From positions 1 through 20,136 of the forward strand of contig JAHLVW010000024.1 in NCBI GenBank assembly GCA_019058275.1: 20,136 nt of DNA. Reading direction: 5' to 3'. The stretch comes from Candidatus Heimdallarchaeota archaeon. Its GTDB lineage: Archaea > Asgardarchaeota > Heimdallarchaeia > JABLTI01. Under the pieces are notes generated by a model. It was not told where the DNA came from. It searched no databases and saw only the letters and a list, made by a program, of their open reading frames with translations. Shown piece by piece: positions 1 through 9,574 of this stretch (position 1 is its first letter; each line of letters starts with the position of its first letter). The position numbers and the translations under genes were made by a program.

Positions 1-1
1 G

Positions 2-700
2 AAATATCCTTTTGGAACTGATACACTCGGTCGAGATTTACTCTCTAGAGTTATTTGGGGCACAAAAATCAGTCTTATTGTAGGTATTTTCGCTTCTTTA
101 GTTTCTACACTAATCGGAGTACTTCTAGGAGCGCTAGCAGGATATTATAGAGGATTAACAGAAGAAATTATCATGCGTATTACTGATATGTTTCTTGCGG
201 TACCATTTCTATTGATTGCTATAGTTGCAGTTTCATTTTTACGTTCAGGTAGAATTGAATTTCTACAAAACATGAATCACTCTACAATTATGATTCTAGT
301 ACTTGGCTTATTCGGATGGGCTGGACTTTGCCGTTTAGTAACCGCAGAGGTCAAACGAGTCATGACTTTAGAATATGTACAAGCTGCAGTATGTCTAGGT
401 GCAAGTGATTGGAGAATTATCACAAAGCACATAATACCAAACATCTTAGCCTCAATAATTGTCATAACTACTTTAGGTATTGGTGGAAACATTCTCGCTG
501 AAGCTGGTTTAACCTTCCTTGGCTTTGGCGATCCACAAACAGTCTCTTGGGGAAGAATTGTTAATGATGGTGTCTTAAATCTTCAAACAAATCCAGAACA
601 AGTATTCATAGCAGGATTTGGTATATTCTTCTTGGTGCTGGCCTTTAATATTGTAGGCGATGCATTAAGAGATGCAATGGATCCAAGACTTAAAGAATAG
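2..700 (+). CDS. dppC: Oligopeptide/dipeptide ABC transporter permease (DppC/OppC family), 5'-truncated by the window edge
   Basis: The frame is open from position 2 (KYPFGTDTLGRDLLSRVIWGTKISLIVG...), upstream of the ORF-track ATG at 173. It shows the PFGTD-x-LGRD motif, EAA loop (EYVQAAVCLGAS), AEAGLTFLGFG and the C-terminal GDALRDAMDPR. Confidence 0.95.
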   Translation, partial: KYPFGTDTLGRDLLSRVIWGTKISLIVGIFASLVSTLIGVLLGALAGYYRGLTEEIIMRITDMFLAVPFLLIAIVAVSFLRSGRIEFLQNMNHSTIMILVLGLFGWAGLCRLVTAEVKRVMTLEYVQAAVCLGASDWRIITKHIIPNILASIIVITTLGIGGNILAEAGLTFLGFGDPQTVSWGRIVNDGVLNLQTNPEQVFIAGFGIFFLVLAFNIVGDALRDAMDPRLKE

Positions 701-721
701 ATCTAGAACTAAACTAATCAA

Positions 722-758
722 TGAATTGGTTAAAAATACCAATTCACTCTTTCTTTCT
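722..758 (+). terminator. Hairpin plus pyrimidine tract between convergent dppC and oppD
   Basis: TGAATTGGT (722-730) and ACCAATTCA (738-746) form a perfect 9-bp inverted repeat, followed by CTCTTTCTTTCT. Confidence 0.55.
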
Positions 759-829
759 AATTTAAGCCTAAACAATATTGGATAAAAGAAATAGAAAAGA
801 TTTGAAACTAAATTTCAAATCAAAATTTT

Positions 830-1861
830 TTAGTTGCTTGCTTTTTGTTTAGCTTTATGTTGACCAATAACATCTTCAGCTAAATCACTAAGTTCAACTT
901 CTTCCCAGTAATGACAAGCAACAAAACGACCTTTCTCTTTTTCTTCAATAATTGGTATATCTTTTGAACACTTATCTTTTGCATATTTACATCTTGGATG
1001 GAATCTGCATCCCTTTGGTGGATTGATTAATTGTGGAACGCTTCCAGGAATAGTTGCGAGTCTACCTTTAGCAACATCAAGGGAAGGAATACTCTCAAGT
1101 AATGCAATTGTATATGGATGCATTGGGTTTGTGAAAATATTATATGTAGTAGCAACTTCAGCTACTCTTCCACCATAGAAAATATGAACCCTATCTGTAA
1201 GCTCTGCAACAACACCAAGATTGTGAGTAATCAGCATCAATGCAAGATCATATTTTTCCTTCATATCTTTCATTATTTCAAGTACTTGTGCTTGAATGGT
1301 TACATCAAGTGCAGTTGTTGGTTCATCAGCAATTAGCAGAGATGGTCTTAGGGCTAATGCACGAGCAATTAGTATCCTCTGTCTCATACCACCACTAAAT
1401 TTGTGAGGATATTCATCAATTCTATCTTCTGCATCGGAAAGTCCTACTGCAGCTAATGATTCAATTGCTATCTCTCTTGCCTCGTTCTCAGGAACGTTTC
1501 TATGCATTGCAATTACTTCAATCATTTGGTCTGATATTTTAAGAACAGGATTCAAAGAAGTCATGGGATCTTGAAATATCATGGCAATTTCCTTACCTCG
1601 TACTTGTCGCATTTCAGATTCAGTTAATTGTAAAAGGTCTTTTCCTTTATACAAAACTTGACCATCCATGATTTTCCCGTTTGAAGCAAGAATACGTAAA
1701 ATTGAGTATGCAGTTTGTGTTTTGCCACAACCTGATTCACCTACAACTCCTACAGATTCACTTGGATAGACAGTTAAATTTATTCCATCTAAAGCTTCAA
1801 CAACACCTGATTCTGTGAAAAATTGTGTGACCAGACCTTTAACTTCCAGTATTGGATCCAT
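830..1861 (-). CDS. oppD: Oligopeptide ABC transporter ATP-binding protein (OppD/DppD)
   Basis: Walker A GESGCGKT, MIFQDPMTSLNP, FSGGMRQR, IADEPTTALD and the C-terminal GCRFHPRC...C...C domain. The start is moved from GTG 1870 to ATG 1861 because that GTG is part of a GGTGA Shine-Dalgarno site 5 nt before the ATG. Confidence 0.95.
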   Translation of the reverse strand: MDPILEVKGLVTQFFTESGVVEALDGINLTVYPSESVGVVGESGCGKTQTAYSILRILASNGKIMDGQVLYKGKDLLQLTESEMRQVRGKEIAMIFQDPMTSLNPVLKISDQMIEVIAMHRNVPENEAREIAIESLAAVGLSDAEDRIDEYPHKFSGGMRQRILIARALALRPSLLIADEPTTALDVTIQAQVLEIMKDMKEKYDLALMLITHNLGVVAELTDRVHIFYGGRVAEVATTYNIFTNPMHPYTIALLESIPSLDVAKGRLATIPGSVPQLINPPKGCRFHPRCKYAKDKCSKDIPIIEEKEKGRFVACHYWEEVELSDLAEDVIGQHKAKQKASN

Positions 1862-2091
1862 TAAATTCACCGATTTTTTGCTGTTTGGTATAACAATTTC
1901 TTTTTATTAAGTCTTTTTAGTAGATTCAATATTTTACATCTACTTATGAATTTATTTATAGTTTGTTACACAAAAAAAGGTCTAGTATATTTCATCAAAA
2001 ATCTTTCGTTGATTAACAAAAACACTAGTAGAGATAAAAAAATGATAAGAAAATGAAGTAAATTGATAATTAAATACTGTTTTTACTTTAT

Positions 2092-3096
2092 TTATACTTC
2101 AGGATAATGACATTTAACGAAGTGTTCTGGTTCTATTTCTATCATTGGTGGATCTTCCTTTACACATTTCTTGCCATCGGACTTGTAGCATCTTGGATGG
2201 AATCTACATCCTGATGGAATGTTTATAGGGGAAGGAGGTTCACCTGGGAGAACGATTCGTTTCATTTTTCTTCTAGGGTCTGGTCTTGGAATTGCTGACA
2301 TTAGTGACACTGTGTAAGGGTGACTTGTATTTGTAAATACTTGTCTATTATGACCGTATTCTACAATGGTTCCAAGATACATTACTGCTACTCGATCACT
2401 AACATGCTTAATAACTGACAAGTCATGAGCGACGAAAATATACGTTAAGCTGAAATCTTTCTGTAGGTCTTGCATTAAATTTAATATCTGTGCTTGAACA
2501 GAAACATCTAGAGCTGATACTGGCTCATCTGCAACTACTAATTCAGGATTTACAGATAAAGCTCGAGCGATTCCAATTCTTTGTCTTTGACCGCCGGAAA
2601 ATTCGTGGGGATATCGTAATGCGTGATAATCTTCCAAACCTACTTTATCTAATAACTCATATACGAATTCTTCTCTTTGACTCTTGGGCATTTTTGATTC
2701 ATGGATTTGAAGGCCTTCACCAACAATGTCCATAATTAACATTCTCGGATTCAAAGAGCTATATGGATCTTGAAAGATCATTTGAACATTTCTTTTGAAG
2801 TGCATTTCGTCTTCCTTTGTATGAAAAGCGTAAATATCTTGACCTTTATACAATATTTGACCAGTTGTAGGTACTTCCAGTTTAACAATAACCTTTCCAG
2901 TTGTAGTTTTTCCACAACCACTTTCACCAACAAGACCCAGGGTTTCGCCTTTATAGACAGCTAAATTGACACCATCAACAGCTTTAATATTAGCTACTTG
3001 TTTACTTCCAATAAAACCTTGTTCTTTTACTGGAAACCATTTTCTCAAATCAAGCATTTCAAGAAGAAATTCCCTTTGTTTGGATTCGGATGCCAT
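2092..3096 (-). CDS. oppF: Oligopeptide ABC transporter ATP-binding protein (OppF/DppF)
   Basis: KAVDGV, GESGCGKTT, FQDPYSSLNPR, YPHEFSGGQRQRIGIARAL, DEPVSALDVSVQAQILNL and the C-terminal Cys cluster. Confidence 0.95.
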   Translation of the reverse strand: MASESKQREFLLEMLDLRKWFPVKEQGFIGSKQVANIKAVDGVNLAVYKGETLGLVGESGCGKTTTGKVIVKLEVPTTGQILYKGQDIYAFHTKEDEMHFKRNVQMIFQDPYSSLNPRMLIMDIVGEGLQIHESKMPKSQREEFVYELLDKVGLEDYHALRYPHEFSGGQRQRIGIARALSVNPELVVADEPVSALDVSVQAQILNLMQDLQKDFSLTYIFVAHDLSVIKHVSDRVAVMYLGTIVEYGHNRQVFTNTSHPYTVSLMSAIPRPDPRRKMKRIVLPGEPPSPINIPSGCRFHPRCYKSDGKKCVKEDPPMIEIEPEHFVKCHYPEV

Positions 3097-3512
3097 ATGT
3101 TAATCACGCTCATCAATAAGGATAATTGAAGTGATTTCTCAATACTTCTTTTATCGGTTATTTTTATTATTGTTTATGAATATTTCCTTGGATATTTACA
3201 ATTAAATATGTTCAGATTAATCATCATAAATTTCGCATCTTATTCTAATTATTATTGAAATAAAATCCTTCCTATAATTTGAGAAGAAATAAATACCTGT
3301 TTTAACTAGTTTTGACCCTTTTATTATAAGACTAAGACTGAATTCTTCCTTTTTCCAGAAGAACCTACACTTTTTTTAATGCTATTTTACTTAAATGATT
3401 TGGACTTTAACACATAGAAGTAACTTGGGTAAGTTAAATATTTAATTTCGAAAAACATCACATCCTAAGATACTATCGGTATTATAAAGGCTGTTTAAGA
3501 AGGATCATTCCA

Positions 3513-4352
3513 ATGTCAAAAGTTGTTTTAAGATGTGAAAATGTCTATAAACAGTATGAGCTCCGAGCAGGACCTCTTGAGGTTCTTAAAGGCGTTTCAT
3601 TTGAACTGAATGAGGGTGAGTTATTAGCCATCGTTGGTATTTCTGGTAGTGGTAAAACAACGTTGTTAAACCTCCTATATGGTATTGATGTTGTTACGTC
3701 AGGACAAATTTTGCTTGATGGTAAGATTTTAACTGACCTTTCAAAAGATGAGTTTAGGAATTTTAGACGTGATAATTTTGGTATGATTTTTCAAGAGTTC
3801 TATTTAATTCCCAGTATGACCGCTATTGAAAATGTAATGGTTCCATTAATCATTGCTGGCAAGTCTGAGAAATTAGCTTTAACTAAAGCTTATAAATTGC
3901 TTGAAAGTGTAGAAATGCGTCCTATGGCAAACAAACTGCCTTCACAGCTTTCTAATGGTCAAAAACAAAGAATAGCAATTGCACGAGCTATTGCTAATAA
4001 TCCGAGGATGTTGATTTGCGATGAGCCTTCTCGAGCTTTAGATACTGCCCTCGGTGATGAGATTATGGATCTTATCGAGAATCTTATTGAAAAAGAAAAT
4101 ATCTCTGTTATAATGACAACACATGATCCTGAAATCGCTGCAAGAGCGGATAGAGTGTTGATTATCCGAGATGGCAAATTAGTCGAAGAAAAAATAAAAG
4201 ACAGAGAAGCTTTTGACTTTAAGGCTGCAAAGGAAATTTATCGTAATCCTATTGATAAGAATCAAGATCAAAATGAAAAGGTATCAGAAGTAATTTCTGA
4301 AACTCATAAGAAACCTAAGAAAAAGAAACAAGTGAAAAGAAAGAAAAAATAG
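3513..4352 (+). CDS. ABC transporter ATP-binding protein, LolD/MacB/FtsE type
   Basis: EVLKGVSF, GISGSGKTT, GMIFQEFYLIP, LSNGQKQRIAIARA, ICDEP, MTTHD; Lys-rich C-terminal extension. Confidence 0.92.
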   Translation: MSKVVLRCENVYKQYELRAGPLEVLKGVSFELNEGELLAIVGISGSGKTTLLNLLYGIDVVTSGQILLDGKILTDLSKDEFRNFRRDNFGMIFQEFYLIPSMTAIENVMVPLIIAGKSEKLALTKAYKLLESVEMRPMANKLPSQLSNGQKQRIAIARAIANNPRMLICDEPSRALDTALGDEIMDLIENLIEKENISVIMTTHDPEIAARADRVLIIRDGKLVEEKIKDREAFDFKAAKEIYRNPIDKNQDQNEKVSEVISETHKKPKKKKQVKRKKK

Positions 4353-4392
4353 ATCGAATTGGTTCGTTATTAGTATTACTTCGGTGAATAAT

Positions 4393-7233
4393 ATGAGCAA
4401 AAGAAAAATGAAAACTGGTTACATTTTTTCATTTGCATTCAGTAATATCATGAATCATAAGCGACATATGTTCATCATGATCTTTGGTTTCACAATATCA
4501 ATTACAATGCTTCTTTCAATCAATCTTTGGGCACAAACTTCAGAAGATTTAGCAATCATTGACTTTTTGGAAACACAAGATTTTCAAGCGTATATTTATT
4601 CTGCACAAAGACCTGAAGACATCGACAGTATCATTACTGATTTAGATAAAAACCCATTAGTTGATTTTCATAGGACAGCTTTTGTTTCTTATGCATTATT
4701 TAATACTGAAGATAAGCTTGGCAATTATACTTGTTTACCTGAAGGTTCACAGAATTCTACAAATCCTGTGTCTATTACTAATGCTTTTATTGCTAATCAA
4801 AACACCTTGGATCGTATTAAATTTATCTTTAATGTTGAGGGTAACTTTACTACTGCTAACAATGGGATAATGGTTAGTGTTTCACATATACAAGAACTAA
4901 ATGAGATTTATGATAGAGAGTTTACAATTGGTGATACAGTTAATTTATCTATTGGAAAAAATATTCCTAGGCCATCAAATCTTGAGTATCTCATTAGTGA
5001 TTTTCAGAAAACCTATTTTCAAAATTATACTATACAAGCAGTATATACTGTAAATGATGGAGTCTCAATTCTACAATCATATTTTGGTACTGAAAACTTG
5101 GTTGATTCAATCATTTTTCCTATGGATTCATTAAGCTCAAATGATGTTAGTACTATGATAAGTAATGATGTTCCATATTTACTCTTCGTGAAATTTGAAA
5201 AGGAAGAAATCAGTAAAGATGGAATGGAATTCATTCTCGAAAAGATGGAATTGTTCAAAGAGAAAATTGAATTTGATTATATATATGCTTATGTCTATTT
5301 GTTAGATGCACCAATTATCTCACTTATTAATGCCTATTCAAGAGCTTCTTTAGCTATAGTTTTCATGGTGCCAATAATATTGATTGGTCTGATATTAACA
5401 ATATTTACAATTAACATTATTATTGAGAATCGGCAGGAGCAAGTTGCATTACTTCGAGATAGAGGTGCAGATACTATACAAATTTTGTTAATATTTATCA
5501 TTGAATTTATTTCTGTAGCATTATTTGGGATAATTCTTGGAATTGGTCTATCATTTATTTTTGCAGCTTTAATCCCTTCATTCTCATCCTCAGGATTTAA
5601 TAGTGAAACTTTTAATGTCTTTTTCCACCATTTGAAATTCCCAGTTGGATTTGCTATAGGAATCTCTTTAACAATTTTAGTTACGTTGATAGGATATGCT
5701 TCATTGAAAATTTGGTTGGAAATTTCTTTAAAACAAAAAAGTGCTGAACATGAGAAAAGTGAAAGAAGAAGCATGGAAAGAAATCTTTATGTTGGATTAA
5801 GTATAGGAGCATGTGTTATTATTACTATTGCACTTATATTTTCATTAATTGATACTATTAACAAAGTCAGTGAATCACAGAACTTTACTTTGGCAAGTAC
5901 AACATCAGCTGGTTATACATTTATCCTTTTTTGTTTTTTATTTGTATTTATTGCACAATTTGTTAGCTTTTTATTGACGGATAAATTCCTAGTTTCAATA
6001 AAAGGCATCTATCGCAGATTGGTTTTTAATGATGCATTTTTCTTAATGAATAGCTTCAAAAGAAAAGATAAAAAACTAAGTTCAATGAGTTTTGCGATAT
6101 TGTTGGCTTCAACTATTATTATATTCTCATTGATATCTGCTTCATCTGTTGCTCTGAATCAAGAAATCGAATCAGATTTTAAGAATGGCTCTGATTTACG
6201 GATCTCAACATATCCATATCCACTACATTATTCGTTTAAAAATAATATCTCTGAAGTTGAAGGTGTAAACGAAGTTGTTTCATTTCTCAAAACAGAAGGA
6301 ACGATAGCTTTTGATGATTATACTGTTTATGGTGTTGATGCTGTAACTTATTCAAGAGTGGGAATCTGGGATAAAAGTAGCTTTTCAGGTAATTCTACAT
6401 ATAAAATACTGCAGGAACTACATGAGTTATATGACGGAGTTATCATAAGTGAACCTTTGTCTGAAAGATTGAACTTTACAATTGACGATTTATTACCTAT
6501 AACTTGGTTGCCCGGTGATGTGTTTTATCGAGAGTTTACAATTGTTGGCATTATTAATTCTGCACCCGGACTTGGATTAGCAGATGGGAGAAATGTCGAT
6601 ATGCTACAACCAAATGAAGGTTTCGTATTCATAAATGAAGCTTATATGATAAATGAATTAGAAATAAATTCCAGTCAACTCTTTCTTGCAAGTATATTCA
6701 AAGGTGAAGATTTAGAATCAGTAGAAGAATCCGTTGAAGCTTTACTGCCAAATATAGATGTTAATCTTGAACCAATAAACGCTCAGATAATGGGATCTTT
6801 CATTGAATCATATATACCTAATGTTCAAATTTTCTTCTATATTGAATTAATATCATCTATCTTAATAATCTTAGTATTATTGATTATGTTCACTGATTTC
6901 ACAATTAGCCAAAGATCGCAGGAATTTGCTATTGCATTATCTATTGGTAAATCTAGGAGACGGATAACTAAATTATTATTTGCAGAAATTATAGTGATAG
7001 TATTAACAACAAGCATTTTAGGAATATTACTTGGAATAGCTTTTACCTATTCAACATTCTTTATACTTACTCCAATTTTAACATCACATAACATCATACC
7101 ATTTACAGTGAATCTTCCATTTGTGCAATTCATAGTCTTTCCATTCATCATAACAGCTATGGCTGTATTGGGTACTTTACCTTCAATAATAAAACAAGGA
7201 AAACAAAAAGTAATTGAAGCTCTTAGGATCTAA
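4393..7233 (+). CDS. FtsX/MacB-like ABC permease with duplicated architecture (two ectodomain + FtsX modules)
   Basis: N-terminal TM and large ectodomain, then two FtsX-like motifs (ENRQEQVALLRDRGA; QRSQEFAIALSIG) each followed by TM helices. It sits directly downstream of the ATPase. ATG 4393 is preferred over GTG 4384, which belongs to a GGTGA SD. Confidence 0.85.
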   Translation: MSKRKMKTGYIFSFAFSNIMNHKRHMFIMIFGFTISITMLLSINLWAQTSEDLAIIDFLETQDFQAYIYSAQRPEDIDSIITDLDKNPLVDFHRTAFVSYALFNTEDKLGNYTCLPEGSQNSTNPVSITNAFIANQNTLDRIKFIFNVEGNFTTANNGIMVSVSHIQELNEIYDREFTIGDTVNLSIGKNIPRPSNLEYLISDFQKTYFQNYTIQAVYTVNDGVSILQSYFGTENLVDSIIFPMDSLSSNDVSTMISNDVPYLLFVKFEKEEISKDGMEFILEKMELFKEKIEFDYIYAYVYLLDAPIISLINAYSRASLAIVFMVPIILIGLILTIFTINIIIENRQEQVALLRDRGADTIQILLIFIIEFISVALFGIILGIGLSFIFAALIPSFSSSGFNSETFNVFFHHLKFPVGFAIGISLTILVTLIGYASLKIWLEISLKQKSAEHEKSERRSMERNLYVGLSIGACVIITIALIFSLIDTINKVSESQNFTLASTTSAGYTFILFCFLFVFIAQFVSFLLTDKFLVSIKGIYRRLVFNDAFFLMNSFKRKDKKLSSMSFAILLASTIIIFSLISASSVALNQEIESDFKNGSDLRISTYPYPLHYSFKNNISEVEGVNEVVSFLKTEGTIAFDDYTVYGVDAVTYSRVGIWDKSSFSGNSTYKILQELHELYDGVIISEPLSERLNFTIDDLLPITWLPGDVFYREFTIVGIINSAPGLGLADGRNVDMLQPNEGFVFINEAYMINELEINSSQLFLASIFKGEDLESVEESVEALLPNIDVNLEPINAQIMGSFIESYIPNVQIFFYIELISSILIILVLLIMFTDFTISQRSQEFAIALSIGKSRRRITKLLFAEIIVIVLTTSILGILLGIAFTYSTFFILTPILTSHNIIPFTVNLPFVQFIVFPFIITAMAVLGTLPSIIKQGKQKVIEALRI

Positions 7234-7440
7234 GAATTACTAAAAGTTGTTTTATAGTTATAAATATGACAATTTTCTGGTAATAATCTTAATAAAATAC
7301 TATTAAGAAAGGTAATTTTTTAGCAAATCGTCAAAAAAATACCTATTTATCAAACAAAAAATCAATAAAATTTCAGTCACTTCTAAGTTACTACTTATTT
7401 TATCCTTAAAACTTTTAAATGAGTAAGTTAAATAAATAAA

Positions 7441-7464
7441 ATGTACTCTTAGATTAGAGTACAT
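7441..7464. promoter_or_regulatory. Perfect 9-6-9 inverted repeat downstream of a TATA-like box: candidate operator or 5' mRNA hairpin
   Basis: ATGTACTCT-tagatt-AGAGTACAT; TTTTAAAT at 7413-7420 lies about 20 nt upstream. Confidence 0.5.
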
Positions 7465-7492
7465 ACCTATTCATTGTGGAAGGTAATTAAAT

Positions 7493-9277
7493 TTGATCAA
7501 GAAGGATAATATTAGAAGGATGGTCCTTCCGTTAGCAGTGCTAATGTGCTTAAGCATTATGCCATTTTTAGCTACACCAGCTAAAGCAGCTAACCCACCA
7601 GCCTTCTTTAAAATTAGTATACTTGCGCCCAATACTAATCCAGCAAGAAATCAATGGGCTACTTTAATGGTAGAACAATTGCCAAGAATTGGTATTGGTA
7701 TAGACATATTTGACCATTGTGGTTGGTCCCAAATTTCACCAAGAACATGGGGTCACTCAGGACCATATCCGGTCCCTTCATACGCTGAAGCTGGTTTCGA
7801 CATACTATTTATTGGTTGGAGTTGGGGTCTTGACATAGACTTTAGAGGTCTATTTGATAGTGATGCAATCACACCTGACGGTGACAACCACTACCAATAT
7901 GATAGTCAAGAAATGGATTGGGCTATATATAACTATTCAAACTCATTCGTTTTAGCAGATAGAATTACATGGGCAGAAAAAATACAGAAAATACTTTATG
8001 AAGATGTCCCCGCAGCAACTATTTGTTATCAAACATCTCTCTACCCACATGTTACAGACTTTGATACAGCAAGCTGGGATCCACTATTGTGGGCATCAAG
8101 TTATCAAGATATGAGCAACTGGAGTATTCCAGATCAAACTACATTCACCTATGCATGTCCTGCAGACTTTGAAGATTTCCATACTTACAAGACTGAATCA
8201 GTTTACGATGCTCAATGGACTCAACAAATATATGGTGGAATAGCTGAAAGAGCTATGCCAACCAGAGATTATGTTGAATACGCAGCAGTTGATTACGACA
8301 GTGATAATGGTATTAATTATACCGTAACACTCGAACCAGGTATTGTTTTTGCTGACGGCAATCCAGTTACTTCAGCTGATGTTCAATACAGCTTCCAACT
8401 ACTCATTAATGAGGACTTTGATCAACCAGATCTTAGTTTCTACAAAGTATATATTAGAGACAATACAATCGGTATAGTTAGTGACACTGAATTTACAGTT
8501 GATTTCATTCAACCATATGTGTTCCAAGAAAGTAATCTTGGTGTTGATATCTTACCAATGCACATTTGGGATCCAATAGCTCCAGAACTTCAAGAACAAC
8601 AAGCAGTCGATTGGGCTAAAGATGATACTTTGGATGCTAATCTCTTAGGTATTGGTCCATATATGATGGATGATTATGATGAAACCAATGGTGTTATTAC
8701 ATTAATAGCTAATCCACACTGGACAGATTGGGGTGATCACGCAGCTCAAAAATTCGATAAAATCATCTTTGAATTCTGGTCCAACAAAGAAGGTGCTCTC
8801 TCAGCACTAGCAGGAGGAACAGTTGACATGGTTGATTCACAATTCAGTCCACAAATTGAAGAAGTTCCAGCCGGTGTCGAATACACAATTGTAGAGGATC
8901 CTGGTTCTCAAGAAATGGGCTTCAACATGGAACATCCATACCTTGGTACAGGTGAATTATGTCCTATATCCAGCCCAGAGTCTAGTAAAGCTATTAGAAA
9001 GGCAATTAGCCACATGATTCCAAGAGAGGTCATTGTAGCAGAAATTCTTAATGGACTTGGATCTCCAGGTATTACCCCATTTCCAATGGGTTCAACAGGA
9101 TTTGATGAAACATTAGAAGCATTCGAGTACAGCATTGCTATAGCCAAAGGACTCATGGAAGATGCTGGTTTCGTTTATCTTGAAACAGAAGAAGCCGGTA
9201 TTGGTCTTTACGTAGTAATTGGCATTTTAGCCTTAGCAGGCGCAAGCCAAGTCTTCTTCTTAAAGAGAAGAAAATAA
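7493..9277 (+). CDS. ABC transporter substrate-binding protein, family 5 (OppA/DppA-like), circularly permuted, with signal peptide and C-terminal TM anchor
   Basis: Signal peptide ending in AKA-A. Family-5 motifs: FADGNPVTSADVQYSF, GIGPY, ALAGGTVDM, IRKAISHMIPRE, AKGLMEDAG, EQLPRIGI, QKILYEDVP. C-terminal hydrophobic helix followed by KRRK. TTG start with AAGGT upstream. Confidence 0.9.
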   Translation: MIKKDNIRRMVLPLAVLMCLSIMPFLATPAKAANPPAFFKISILAPNTNPARNQWATLMVEQLPRIGIGIDIFDHCGWSQISPRTWGHSGPYPVPSYAEAGFDILFIGWSWGLDIDFRGLFDSDAITPDGDNHYQYDSQEMDWAIYNYSNSFVLADRITWAEKIQKILYEDVPAATICYQTSLYPHVTDFDTASWDPLLWASSYQDMSNWSIPDQTTFTYACPADFEDFHTYKTESVYDAQWTQQIYGGIAERAMPTRDYVEYAAVDYDSDNGINYTVTLEPGIVFADGNPVTSADVQYSFQLLINEDFDQPDLSFYKVYIRDNTIGIVSDTEFTVDFIQPYVFQESNLGVDILPMHIWDPIAPELQEQQAVDWAKDDTLDANLLGIGPYMMDDYDETNGVITLIANPHWTDWGDHAAQKFDKIIFEFWSNKEGALSALAGGTVDMVDSQFSPQIEEVPAGVEYTIVEDPGSQEMGFNMEHPYLGTGELCPISSPESSKAIRKAISHMIPREVIVAEILNGLGSPGITPFPMGSTGFDETLEAFEYSIAIAKGLMEDAGFVYLETEEAGIGLYVVIGILALAGASQVFFLKRRK

Positions 9278-9310
9278 GCCATTAGGCTTTTTTCTTTCTT
9301 TTTTTTCTTA
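9276..9310 (+). terminator. Hairpin overlapping the stop codon, followed by a long T-tract
   Basis: AAGCC-atta-GGCTT (9276-9289), then TTTTCTTTCTTTTTTTTC. Confidence 0.6.
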
Positions 9311-9574
9311 TTTTCTTCTGATAATTTTGAATTTAGTGCATTCTTCTTTCTATATACTCTTTTCACTTGCTCCTTTTCCCATCCATTTTGTCAGATCTTT
9401 TTTGATTCTTTCCTATTATTATCTCATAACAATAAAATGTGGATTGGGAGGAAAACACTATAAATAGATAATTTTATCTTAATTTCAAGACCACAAAAAT
9501 ATATAAAAGCTATAAATTATTTGATATGCATTAGTTATTGCAATGTTATACTAATTAAAAGATGTGAATTTCAT

